Shown: positions 9,531 through 19,550 of the stretch, piece after piece
Position numbering within the stretch: position 1 is the stretch's first letter
Layout: every line of letters begins with the position of its first letter
DNA from: Spirochaetota bacterium
GTDB taxonomy: Bacteria > Spirochaetota > UBA4802 > JAFGDQ01
Assembly (NCBI GenBank): GCA_043803405.1
Contig: JAZDKB010000015.1
Span: forward strand, 64,001 to 128,000
DNA length: 64,000 nt
Reading direction: 5' to 3'
The notes under the pieces: generated by a model
Seen by the model: only the letters and a program-made list of their open reading frames with translations
Told to the model about the DNA's origin: nothing
The model's database searches: none
Position numbers and translations under genes: made by a program

Positions 9531-10803
9531 AATACACCTCTTTATTTGTAAAATTGACAGTACTATTAAATGATCCGTCTATCAGCACAGTCTGAACATC
9601 ATCCCCGTCTTTTAATCCTTCAATACTTTTAATAATTTTACCATTATTATTTAATGTTAGCGAATATCCTTTTCCGAGTATGCCCACAGGGGAAAGATTG
9701 GACGCGCTATTATACGCTAATTCCAGTTTGTGGGATTTCTCTTTTAAAATATTATTCATAAGTAAAATATTATCAGGGAGCATCAGCAGCCTGTTCCTGC
9801 ATTCCGTTATTAGCTCCTTCAACGATGAAACCATTATTGTCTCAACGTCGGAAAGAAACATTTCTGCGTTATGAACGATATCCATCGGATTCCTAAAAAC
9901 ACCAAGACTTTCTATACGCTCCAGTTTTTGCAGCAGGTTACGGGTAAGATAATTAAGCGAATTCATTGATCTTAAAGAAAGCTTCTCTGCGTAGTCGGCC
10001 AGCTCCGCCTTTACAGGTATGGCAATCTCAGCCGCTGCGGAAGGCGTAGGAGCCGCGTAGTCAGCAGCATCATCGGAAAGCGGATGATCGACCTGGTGCC
10101 CCACGGCCGAGATAATGGGAACATGCGAATTATAAAAAGCACGCACAACAATCTCTTCGTTGAAAGCCATCAGATCCTCGAACGAGCCTCCACCCCTGCC
10201 CGCAATAATAACATCGATATTATGCTCAGGTTTGTTGAGTTCTTCAATGCCTTTAACAACCGACTCCGCCGCAAGAGCGCCCTGCACTTTTGCGGGCGCT
10301 ATTACGATTTCAATGTTCGGAAATCGCCTCATAGCTACTTTAATAATATCCCTTATCGCGGCTCCGGTCGGGGAAGTGACTATGCCGATACGCTGCGGCA
10401 AAAACGGTATTTTCTTTTTGTGCGAAGCATCGAAAATGCCCTCTTCCAAAAGCCGCTTTTTCAGCTGTTCAATGCGCTTTAGAAGCTCGCCTATGCCTTC
10501 AAGGCGCGCCTCAGAAACTATAAACTGGTACGTCCCTCTTTTATCGAAAATATTAATACTGCCGAACGCAAGTACATTCATTCCTTCTTCAAGCTTAAAA
10601 TTCAGGCCCCTGTTCGCGTACTTAAAAAAAGCCGAAGAGATTACCGCACCGTTATCCTTCAGAGAAAAATATATATGTCCTGAAGAATGATACGTTAAAT
10701 TTGATATCTCGCCTTTTACCCAAACGCTGTTTAGCTCCGGGTTCTGTTCCAGCGTATTTTTAATTGTTTTTGTGATTTCGGAAATAGTATAAACTCGCAT
10801 CAT
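9502..10803 (-). CDS. xseA: Exodeoxyribonuclease VII large subunit
   Basis: SGHIYFSLKD, TSPTGAAIRD, GRGGGSFEDL, SAVGH, PTPSAAAE. Confidence 0.95.
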   Translation of the reverse strand: MMRVYTISEITKTIKNTLEQNPELNSVWVKGEISNLTYHSSGHIYFSLKDNGAVISSAFFKYANRGLNFKLEEGMNVLAFGSINIFDKRGTYQFIVSEARLEGIGELLKRIEQLKKRLLEEGIFDASHKKKIPFLPQRIGIVTSPTGAAIRDIIKVAMRRFPNIEIVIAPAKVQGALAAESVVKGIEELNKPEHNIDVIIAGRGGGSFEDLMAFNEEIVVRAFYNSHVPIISAVGHQVDHPLSDDAADYAAPTPSAAAEIAIPVKAELADYAEKLSLRSMNSLNYLTRNLLQKLERIESLGVFRNPMDIVHNAEMFLSDVETIMVSSLKELITECRNRLLMLPDNILLMNNILKEKSHKLELAYNSASNLSPVGILGKGYSLTLNNNGKIIKSIEGLKDGDDVQTVLIDGSFNSTVNFTNKEVYFGKKREVTR

Positions 10804-10964
10804 AATACAATATATTTGTTTAATCCTGAATTTAAAATCAACATAATTTTTTCACAATGTGCCGTAAAATATTATAGAATAGGATTATTATTTTTTTAAT
10901 TGCATTAAATAGCATAAGTCAATAACCTATAATTGTTCATAACGATACAATAACCGGAGCATAT

Positions 10965-13900
10965 ATGGCACAGGATCAACTGCAGACGTTAAAACTCGAG
11001 ATAAGCAAAAATTTTACACTACTCCCTTACGAAAGAATAGCATTTCACAAAATACTCGGACTGGTAAAGTCCGAAACAGGCATGCAGATTCTTTTAAAAG
11101 AAATGAACCTGAATCCGCTGGTAAGAGAAAGTGCGATTATGAATTTAAAAGATATCAACAATAAAGAGGTACAGACTGCTTTTGCACTTCTTTTAAAAAA
11201 GAAAATTACAGACATAGAAAAAATATATATTTTTGAAAATTTTGAACATTTCGGCACTCCTGAAATTATTCCTATCGTAATAGAATTTATCGAAGAAAAT
11301 AAAGTTAATGAAGATCAGATGGCTGTTCTTTCAAAGGCGTTTAGCGTACTTAAAGCAGTCGGCGGAGGATCGGACACTGTAAAAGATTACTTATATTCCA
11401 TTGCTTCAAATAAAGACAGCACTAACAGTTTAAGGTCACTTGCCGTAATAGCGCTCTCTGCATTCAAAGACATAGTAATTCCGGGCGGAAAAGACAATAA
11501 AGCATTTCTGGAAGAAATATTAAAAGAAAATTCTGAAGAACTTATCTGTGCCGGTTACAATTCAATTTCCATTTTGAATGATGATATAACAAATAAAATC
11601 CGGCAGGACAAATCTGATGAAGAAGACATATTTACATACTCTCCAGAAAAAGACGACAGGGCAATACTGGATATACGCGTCCTTATAGGCAAAATGACAT
11701 CAAAATTCGACACATACTCGGATAAAAATAAAATAGCAATTATTAATGCAATGATCTCAAGCAATCACAGGGAACTGCTGATATATCTTATGAAAGCTCT
11801 AAACTCGAGTAACACTGTATTAATGGACATGACTCTTGATCTGCTTCTCGCTAACACACAAAAACTCCACGACCCCGACAAACTCTTCCGGAATCTTATT
11901 TCCCTGTCAATAGACAGCCCGAGAGGTGGAAGGACTATAGTAGCTATTTTTGAAAAATATTTCAATAATCTAAAAGAAACCAGAAGGAACATGCTTTTTA
12001 AAGATAAGCTGTTCAACTATATGATCGTTACTCTCGAAACCTATTTCGAAACCTACAGAAAAGACTTTATGGTTGCCGAAGTAGTGGAAAAAAATTTCCC
12101 CGAAAATGTTCAAAAAATACGCCGGTTCATTTTAAATAAATTTCCCCCGGAATATAAAAAGAAAATATTCAATTTCCTGAAATCGAACGACAGTTCCATT
12201 CTTAAAAATATTCTAACAGAGATCGGTGGATATATACCTTATATTAATGAATCCGAAAAAGACGAACTGGAATGTTTTCTGGAAATGCTTTACGAAAAAG
12301 AAATCAGGTCCAGGGAAATTTATGCTTCGAGAATTGACGATATTATATTTGAAAAACGGTATTTAAAGGACAGAATTATACGGATATGCGAAATAATAGG
12401 AAAATTAAAAATAGAAAACGGCGCAAGCCCGCTGGTAATCATCTATAATTATGTTAAAAAATATACAGATAAAGAAATACTCGATGCCGCTTCCTATACT
12501 CTTTCAATGCTTAACTATTCATATATGCTCGGAGAACTGGAAGTTCTGTTATCAGCCGGAGATGAATCCGAACAGCAAAAAGCAGTCCAGTATCTGTCTC
12601 TTTACTCGGATCAAAGATCGCTCAATATTATACTCGACTACTTAAAGCAGCATGCGGATTCCTCTTCAGACGTCATTGTAAACCTGCTGAATACTCTTTT
12701 AAAACAGAACCTGTTTGGAAACGTAGCAGCCGGTTCTGCACTAAAGGAAATAATCGAAAAAAATCAGAACATAGAAATTAAAAGGCTGGCTATTCTGTGT
12801 CTGGGGAAATGCGCAAGGGAAGCGGACATACAATATCTTGATGGATTGTTCAATTCATTTAAGGATAATCCTCCGAAAGAGGCTATAATAATGTCTGTTG
12901 AGCATATTATGAATCATGCATTAAACATTAATAAGCGGCCCATAATACAAATCTTATCCGAATACATTAAGGATCCAGGCATCAAAGTGAGAATTCTTTC
13001 CTGCTATTTATTAACTAAAATGGGCAATAAAAATGCATTAAAATCCATTATGGATATGATGACTATTAAAAATAAAAAGATCCAGAGAGAAATAATTTCA
13101 ATATTTGAAAATCTTAAGTCTATTGATTTCGCATATTTCCTGATATCGCTTTTAAAAGATGAATATGCGATATCGGCCGATATTATTTCGCTATTAAGCC
13201 TTCTCCCGAAAGAAGAATTAAGCGAGATCGACCATTTTATTACAAATATTTTTAAAAAACATGAATTTATCGGGGCTAAAGAAACCGCAGATGTCACCAC
13301 GCAGCCTGTTAACGGACTCATTGAAGATAAATGCTTTATTCTAAACATAGAAATAAATAATTTTATAGAACAAATAAACACTCTAAGCATAATCGAAATG
13401 AAAATGCTGCAACAGCAGATAAATGACATCGTTATTCCTGAAATTTCCGGCGCAGGCGGAACTGTTACCCATATACTTCACGGCAAAATAATGGCATATT
13501 ACAGGGATCCATTGATCGCATGCAAAACAGCATTATCTATTCACGATAATTTTATAAAATTCAACAGTACAAGACTTGCCGCTGACAGATTCAAAATATT
13601 TATTCAGATATTGTCGGAAAACATTAAAATAATAAATGATGAAGTAATAAATCTTGATGAATCAGAAATACGGCATCTCAATTCAATGCCGGTTTATAAC
13701 AGGATCATTACAGACGAAAATACAAAAAGCCTTATTGATAAAGAATATAACATACAGCCAATACCTGATATGGAATTTATACAATGTACTATTAATAACC
13801 GTTTCCAGGAAATAATCGGGCCGGTAAATTTTATTAATTTATCCGCATTGATATTAAATAAACTGTCCAAAGAAATTGATGAAAGGAAGAAAAGAGAGCT

Positions 13901-14144
13901 CGAGCTCGAAGCCGAGTCAAAGCAGAAACAGAGCATGCAGAACAAATCGCCCGAAGCGATTGCTTACGCACAGGCAATGGATGACCTGGGCAGAATATTA
14001 AAAGATGACTTAAACAACGTTAACAAATATATACAGAAAAGATCAACAGACAGAGAACTCTTAACAAATGTTTCAAAAATGCTTTCAAATGTATATAAAA
14101 GGTTCTTCGTGGAAAAATCGAAGATATTCTCGGAAATGGAGTAA
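10965..14144 (+). CDS. HEAT/alpha-solenoid repeat protein with a degenerate class III nucleotidyl-cyclase-like domain and C-terminal coiled coil
   Basis: HEAT-like units (LVRESAIMNL, LRSLAVIALS, IKRLAILCLGK, DPGIKVRILSCYLL); cyclase-like segment at about 13332-13770; GGAG RBS. Confidence 0.6.
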   Translation: MAQDQLQTLKLEISKNFTLLPYERIAFHKILGLVKSETGMQILLKEMNLNPLVRESAIMNLKDINNKEVQTAFALLLKKKITDIEKIYIFENFEHFGTPEIIPIVIEFIEENKVNEDQMAVLSKAFSVLKAVGGGSDTVKDYLYSIASNKDSTNSLRSLAVIALSAFKDIVIPGGKDNKAFLEEILKENSEELICAGYNSISILNDDITNKIRQDKSDEEDIFTYSPEKDDRAILDIRVLIGKMTSKFDTYSDKNKIAIINAMISSNHRELLIYLMKALNSSNTVLMDMTLDLLLANTQKLHDPDKLFRNLISLSIDSPRGGRTIVAIFEKYFNNLKETRRNMLFKDKLFNYMIVTLETYFETYRKDFMVAEVVEKNFPENVQKIRRFILNKFPPEYKKKIFNFLKSNDSSILKNILTEIGGYIPYINESEKDELECFLEMLYEKEIRSREIYASRIDDIIFEKRYLKDRIIRICEIIGKLKIENGASPLVIIYNYVKKYTDKEILDAASYTLSMLNYSYMLGELEVLLSAGDESEQQKAVQYLSLYSDQRSLNIILDYLKQHADSSSDVIVNLLNTLLKQNLFGNVAAGSALKEIIEKNQNIEIKRLAILCLGKCAREADIQYLDGLFNSFKDNPPKEAIIMSVEHIMNHALNINKRPIIQILSEYIKDPGIKVRILSCYLLTKMGNKNALKSIMDMMTIKNKKIQREIISIFENLKSIDFAYFLISLLKDEYAISADIISLLSLLPKEELSEIDHFITNIFKKHEFIGAKETADVTTQPVNGLIEDKCFILNIEINNFIEQINTLSIIEMKMLQQQINDIVIPEISGAGGTVTHILHGKIMAYYRDPLIACKTALSIHDNFIKFNSTRLAADRFKIFIQILSENIKIINDEVINLDESEIRHLNSMPVYNRIITDENTKSLIDKEYNIQPIPDMEFIQCTINNRFQEIIGPVNFINLSALILNKLSKEIDERKKRELELEAESKQKQSMQNKSPEAIAYAQAMDDLGRILKDDLNNVNKYIQKRSTDRELLTNVSKMLSNVYKRFFVEKSKIFSEME

Positions 14145-14581
14145 TAATTCAATAGTGTTAATGATAATTAATGCCCTTATATAATCTTTCCTTTATAAAA
14201 TATTTTCGCCCTTTCAGGAAGGGCTTGCATGTAAAAATAAAAAAAATAACCCGATTGTCAACAGGAATACAAATAATGCTTGAATTATCGGCCTGTATTA
14301 TGTCATATATGTCAAAAAAATTTATGTTTTATTTTACTTTGATTTCTGAAAATACTTTATTATTATAACAATACTGTATAATAAAATATTTTCTCTGATA
14401 TAATTTTTAAAAAAAAATTCGATAAATAAAAAAAAAGTTTGAATTATTTTCATTCTATTTTTAGAAAGGATTGCTTTTAAAAAAATAACAGCAGGAGATT
14501 CCTATACGGAATATTGCAAAAATTATTAAAAAAAATGGATCCTGAAATAGATCCGCATCTCTTTCTTTGGGGGATGGAGAA

Positions 14582-15172
14582 ATGGATAAAAATCTTCTCC
14601 TAAGTAAATCATTGAGGCCAAAAACAGCCTCTCCTATTCACTATCTTACCGTTGGAAACAGAATACCAAAGGATTACTTTGTTACCAGAGGAAAAGGTGA
14701 GAGTAATATCACAATTCATGCCGGCTCGTATCATCTTGCATTAAAGAAAGCCGGGATCGAGATGTGCAATATTATCACTTATTCTTCAATTTTACCCGCC
14801 ATTGCACAGGAAATTAAAAAAACAACTAACCATGTTCACGGATGTGTCATGGAGAGTATTATGGCTGTTGCAAACGCTGAGAAAGGCGAAAACGCGACCG
14901 CAGGGATTATTTATGGATGGCTGTACGATAAAAAGTCCGGTGAAAAATACGGCGGCCTTGTATGCGAATATAACGGCAACAAGACCGATGAATCGGCAAT
15001 AGATCAATTGCATGACAGCCTTCAGGAACTATACGTAAACGGATTTTCCAAAAAGTATTTCCTAAAGGATATTCGTTGTATTACTGAAAACATTATTCCC
15101 AAAAAGGAATATGGAACTGCCATTGTTGCGTTATGTTTTACGAATTATATTTATCCTGTTATTAATGGATAA
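14582..15172 (+). CDS. pdaD: Pyruvoyl-dependent arginine decarboxylase
   Basis: SYHLALKKAGIEMCNIITYSSILP (Ser-Ser self-cleavage site), GGLVCEY, GTAIVAL; ATG 14582 after GGAG. Confidence 0.85.
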   Translation: MDKNLLLSKSLRPKTASPIHYLTVGNRIPKDYFVTRGKGESNITIHAGSYHLALKKAGIEMCNIITYSSILPAIAQEIKKTTNHVHGCVMESIMAVANAEKGENATAGIIYGWLYDKKSGEKYGGLVCEYNGNKTDESAIDQLHDSLQELYVNGFSKKYFLKDIRCITENIIPKKEYGTAIVALCFTNYIYPVING

Positions 15173-15177
15173 TAATA

Positions 15178-16038
15178 ATGACAATTAATCCAGGTTTCGG
15201 AGATGTCCCTCCCGAATTTTCAGTTTATAAAAACTCAAAGATAGTAATTCTGCCGGTTCCCTTTGACGCTACGAGCACATGGTTAAAGGGAGCCGATAAA
15301 GCTCCGGACGCGATTATCGAAGCGTCATGGAATATGTATCTGTACGATATTGAAACCGACAGTGAAGTTTACAAACTCGGCATTTATACCGATAAACCTG
15401 TAAGTGAAGACAAATCCCCGGATAAAATGGTAAATGACACCAGAGAAAGGATAACCGGCCACCTGCAGAATAACAAATTCGTTGTTACCATTGGAGGGGA
15501 ACACTCGGTCTCGATAGGATCGGTTTACGCTCATAAAGAATTTTTCGGCAATAAAGTCTCAGTGCTGCAATTTGACGCTCACGCAGACCTCCAGGATGAA
15601 TATAACAGTTCAAAATATAATCACGCATGTACCATGTCCCGAATAAGGGAAGCATGCCCCATCGTTCAGGTAGGCATACGGAGCATGGACCGGTTCGAGC
15701 GCAGCCGTTCCGATGATAAGCGTGTTTTTTATGCTGAGAACATTCATAGTAATCCGGACTGGATGGATTCGGTTGTTGAACTGCTGACCGATACAGTTTA
15801 TATTACGATCGATATTGATGCCTTTGATATTTCCATTATGCCGTCTACCGGAACTCCGGAACCCGGAGGTCTTTTATGGTATGATGTACTGGAACTGTTA
15901 AAAAAAGTCACATCAAAAAAGAAAGTAATCGGTTTTGATGTCGTAGAGCTTTGCCCGAATGAATACAGTAAACCTTATGATTTCCTGGCAGCAAAATTGA
16001 TATACAAGCTCTTAAGCTATATTTTTAATCATCCGTAG
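15178..16038 (+). CDS. speB: Agmatinase (ureohydrolase)
   Basis: GGEHS, DAHAD, DIDAFD, TGTPEPGG, DVVEL. Confidence 0.92.
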   Translation: MTINPGFGDVPPEFSVYKNSKIVILPVPFDATSTWLKGADKAPDAIIEASWNMYLYDIETDSEVYKLGIYTDKPVSEDKSPDKMVNDTRERITGHLQNNKFVVTIGGEHSVSIGSVYAHKEFFGNKVSVLQFDAHADLQDEYNSSKYNHACTMSRIREACPIVQVGIRSMDRFERSRSDDKRVFYAENIHSNPDWMDSVVELLTDTVYITIDIDAFDISIMPSTGTPEPGGLLWYDVLELLKKVTSKKKVIGFDVVELCPNEYSKPYDFLAAKLIYKLLSYIFNHP

Positions 16039-16063
16039 AGACGCACGGCCGTGCATATAATAC
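16035..16063 (+). repeat. Degenerate GTAG REP-like palindrome overlapping the speB stop codon
   Basis: GTAGAGACGCACGGCCGTGCATATAATAC: inner palindrome GCACGGCCGTGC intact, outer right arm decayed. Confidence 0.55.
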
Positions 16064-16084
16064 ATATTTGGAGAATAATTAATC

Positions 16085-17101
16085 ATGAACAAAAAAAGCC
16101 TGTTAAATAAACAAATAAAACACATCGATATTACATCGTTCGATGCTACTAAAATAATCGATTCGATGAGCGATATGTCTTTTACAGCGCGCGATACTGC
16201 CGCTGCTGCCGAAATATTCAAGCGTATGATCATGGACAAAAACTGCTCGATAATTCTGACGCTTGCAGGCAGCACCAGCGCTGCAGGATGTATGAAGATA
16301 TACGCGGATATGATAAAGTACAACATGGTAGACGTCATAGTAGCTACGGGCGCGAGCATAGTGGATATGGACTTTTTTGAAGCGCTCGGATTCAAGCATT
16401 ATAAAGGCAGCCCTTATGTTGATGATAAAAAACTGCGCAGCCTTTACATTGACAGGATATATGACACATTTATTGACGAAGAAGAACTTCAGCATTGCGA
16501 CTCTGCCATCAAGAAGATCGCTGACTCCTGCGAAGCGCGCCCCTACTCCTCTCGTGAGTTTATTTCAAAAATGGGAGAATATCTAACTAAAAATGCAAAA
16601 AAGAAAGACTCGCTTGTTGAGTTGGCTTACAGACATGGTGTGCCTGTATTCTGCCCTGCATTCAGCGATTCGAGCGCAGGCTTCGGCCTTGTTATGCATC
16701 AGCACGAAAAAGGTAAAAACTACACAACAATAGACTCTGTCAGGGACTTTTACGAGCTTACACAGGTAAAAATAAAAGCTAAAACTACAGGCCTTTTTAT
16801 GATAGGCGGAGGCGTACCCAAGAACTTTGCCCAGGATACCGTTGTTTGCGCTGAGATACTGGGAAAGGAAGTTCCGATGCACAAATACGCGGTACAGATC
16901 ACGGTAGCTGACGTACGCGACGGCGCATGCTCCAGCTCGACATTAAAGGAAGCATCCTCATGGGGCAAGGTGGACACAACCTACGAGCAAATGGTTTATG
17001 CTGAAGCAACATCCGTTCTTCCGCTGATCGCGAGCTATATTTATCACAGCAAGGAATGGAAAAAGCGTACGAGACGCAACTGGGGTAAGCTTTTTAATTA
17101 G
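16085..17101 (+). CDS. Deoxyhypusine synthase-like protein (probable homospermidine synthase, SpeY-type)
   Basis: IDRIYD, PVFCPAFSDSS, IGGGVPKNF, DGACSSSTLKEASSWGK with the catalytic Lys retained. Confidence 0.88.
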   Translation: MNKKSLLNKQIKHIDITSFDATKIIDSMSDMSFTARDTAAAAEIFKRMIMDKNCSIILTLAGSTSAAGCMKIYADMIKYNMVDVIVATGASIVDMDFFEALGFKHYKGSPYVDDKKLRSLYIDRIYDTFIDEEELQHCDSAIKKIADSCEARPYSSREFISKMGEYLTKNAKKKDSLVELAYRHGVPVFCPAFSDSSAGFGLVMHQHEKGKNYTTIDSVRDFYELTQVKIKAKTTGLFMIGGGVPKNFAQDTVVCAEILGKEVPMHKYAVQITVADVRDGACSSSTLKEASSWGKVDTTYEQMVYAEATSVLPLIASYIYHSKEWKKRTRRNWGKLFN

Positions 17102-17158
17102 GATACAGCTTAAAAATATAACTTTAATTCCGTCAGTAACTACAAATTGAAATAAATA

Positions 17159-18541
17159 TTAAGCATCTCCTCTCGCAATATCCAGTTCCTGAAATCTCAA
17201 ACGGTACTTGCGTACTGCATTATTTCTATATGAAAGATTTGTCGCTAAAACCATAAAGGGATTTCGAAAGAAAATAAGATTTATAAAAAAACGCTTTAGA
17301 ATATTGGAAATCGAATAATAATCTCTGTTGCAAATTTCATTTTCATCAATAATATTCGACCATGACAGATTCTTATATTTAACTACAGGGAATGTAAGCG
17401 TATAATAATCCCAATCCTCAGGAAATTTATTTGCAGTTATGCGTCCCTCTGATTCCATTTTCTTCCATAGACGCGTACCCGGCAGAGGAGTCATAAATAC
17501 CGCGTTAAGTGCATCAATCCCGTAACTTTTTGCCGCGCTGGCAATCTGTTGCCCAATGCCTTTTGTATCTACATCGAGTCCCATAATAAAAGAACCTACA
17601 ATAGAGATCCCATGTTTATGTATCCTTCGGACAGATTCTTTAAAATCGCGCTTTTTAGCCCCGCTCCGCATATTAAATTTTTTACTTACCTCGAGAAGCC
17701 CGTTATCATTTACAGATTCAAACCCGATAAATATGCCTTTACATCCGGCTTTGGCAGTCAATTCAAGCAATTCATCATCGTCGGCAATATTAATAGTAAC
17801 CTGCGTAATCAATGTCTTGGAAAGCTTTGCTTTAATCATCGCTCTCAATAATTCCTTGGTTTCTGCAATATGTACAGGACTCGTCCCGATAAAATTATCA
17901 TCTACAATCAGTACATGTTTCTCCCGAATAGTCTTAAATTCTTCGATTATACTCTCAATGGGACGACGCCGGAATTTTCCGCCGTTAAAAGATGTCACAC
18001 TGCAAAAGCTGCAGTTTAAAGGACATCCGCGGGATGTCTGTATTGATCCGAAAAAATAACCTTCAGGTAACAGGTCATGCCGTGCAACCGGAGATTTGTC
18101 TAAACTGAGATGCGTCCCTTTATAAATACGCTTTAACTTATTCTTCTTAAAATCTTCCAAAACCTGGCCCCATATGCTCTCGGCTTCACCCGTTACAGCA
18201 CTATCAACTTTTTTTAATACCTCATCCATGCACATGCTGGCATGTATGCCTCCCATAACCACAGGGATATTTTTTTTTCGAAATTCGTCCGATATTTTAT
18301 AAGCACGCGCTGCCTGTGAAGTGAATGCTGTTATGCCGACAAGGTCAGGACGCGGCAATTGTTTATAATCTGGCAGGCCGAGGTTTTCATCGATAATGGT
18401 AATATCCCAGTCAGATGGGGTTAAACCTGCAACTACAAGCAGCCCAAGGGGCTTCCAGATGCGGTATTTACTCCATCGGCTCACATTTGAGTTTTTATAG
18501 CTGATAGCTGAATTTAACGGATTGATAAGTAGTAATCTCAT
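17159..18541 (-). CDS. B12-binding-domain radical SAM protein
   Basis: PLGL...DEN...GGIHAS N-domain; SRGCPLNCSFC. Confidence 0.9.
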   Translation of the reverse strand: MRLLLINPLNSAISYKNSNVSRWSKYRIWKPLGLLVVAGLTPSDWDITIIDENLGLPDYKQLPRPDLVGITAFTSQAARAYKISDEFRKKNIPVVMGGIHASMCMDEVLKKVDSAVTGEAESIWGQVLEDFKKNKLKRIYKGTHLSLDKSPVARHDLLPEGYFFGSIQTSRGCPLNCSFCSVTSFNGGKFRRRPIESIIEEFKTIREKHVLIVDDNFIGTSPVHIAETKELLRAMIKAKLSKTLITQVTINIADDDELLELTAKAGCKGIFIGFESVNDNGLLEVSKKFNMRSGAKKRDFKESVRRIHKHGISIVGSFIMGLDVDTKGIGQQIASAAKSYGIDALNAVFMTPLPGTRLWKKMESEGRITANKFPEDWDYYTLTFPVVKYKNLSWSNIIDENEICNRDYYSISNILKRFFINLIFFRNPFMVLATNLSYRNNAVRKYRLRFQELDIARGDA

Positions 18542-18662
18542 GTTTCCTCGCTAATTTTTTTAATTAATAAAGCTACTGCCCAAACTTACTGCGTAATGCT
18601 ATAATAATAATCCGGTAAAAATTAGTTTAATTATTCGTAAGATTACCCGAATTTCCGGAAAA

Positions 18663-19055
18663 CTATTCCAATACTTGTATAAATACCTGCCTGTTCCTTG
18701 GGCCGTCGAATTCGCAGAAATAAATGCCCTGCCACGTTCCAAGCTTTAGGCTGCCGCCCTGCAGTATCACGAACTCCGAGCATCCCACAAGGCTGGACTT
18801 GATATGCGCCGGCGAATTGCCTTCCGAGTGATTAAAGCGCACGCTCTCGAGCCCAAGATGTGCAAGGCCTTTCAGCATGTCGCTTCGCACGTCGGGATCG
18901 GCGTTCTCGTTAATTGTAATTGCAGCCGTAGTATGAGGCGTATAGATATAACAAACGCCGTCTTTTACTTTAAACTCTTTTACTGCTTTATTCACCTCGG
19001 ACGTAATATCTATCAATTCTTCCCGTACATTTGTCTTTACTGAAAAAGATATCAT
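18663..19055 (-). CDS. yjbQ: YjbQ/UPF0047 family protein
   Basis: HTTAAITINENADPDV, HSEGNSPAHIKS, LGTWQGIYFCEFDGPR. Confidence 0.92.
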   Translation of the reverse strand: MISFSVKTNVREELIDITSEVNKAVKEFKVKDGVCYIYTPHTTAAITINENADPDVRSDMLKGLAHLGLESVRFNHSEGNSPAHIKSSLVGCSEFVILQGGSLKLGTWQGIYFCEFDGPRNRQVFIQVLE

Positions 19056-19268
19056 AATAATTTTTTCATTTCACTGTAAGTTTTGCCCTTTTTTGCACAA
19101 CAATATCTTTTCATGTATAGAACCTCATGTATTTATATACATAAAAAAATAAAATTTTGTCAATCTCAATATCAATAATCGGTTAAATATAAAAGCATTT
19201 GACAAATATAAAATTTACAATCTTTATTTAATCGAATAAAACTGAATAAATGCCAGGAGAAAATAAAT

Positions 19269-19550
19269 ATGTATAATCTCACACACGTTGAAGGAAAAGA
19301 TAAAGGCAAAATCGTTCTTTACGGCCTGACCACCTGTGCATGGTGCAAAAAAACAAAAGCTCTACTCGATGAACTTGGCGTTGATTACTACTACGTGTTT
19401 CTCGACAGTCTCAGCCAGCCGGATAAAGAAATGGCAGTCGACGACGTTAACATCTGGAATCCCATGTGTTCATTCCCGACGCTTGTTCTAAAGGACAGCA
19501 AGTGCATTATAGGATTCAAAGAAGAAGAAATTAAACAGGAGTTAGGATAA
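19269..19550 (+). CDS. Glutaredoxin (methanoredoxin-like)
   Basis: CAWC active site, NPMCSFPT, IIGFKE; AGGAG RBS. Confidence 0.85.
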   Translation: MYNLTHVEGKDKGKIVLYGLTTCAWCKKTKALLDELGVDYYYVFLDSLSQPDKEMAVDDVNIWNPMCSFPTLVLKDSKCIIGFKEEEIKQELG

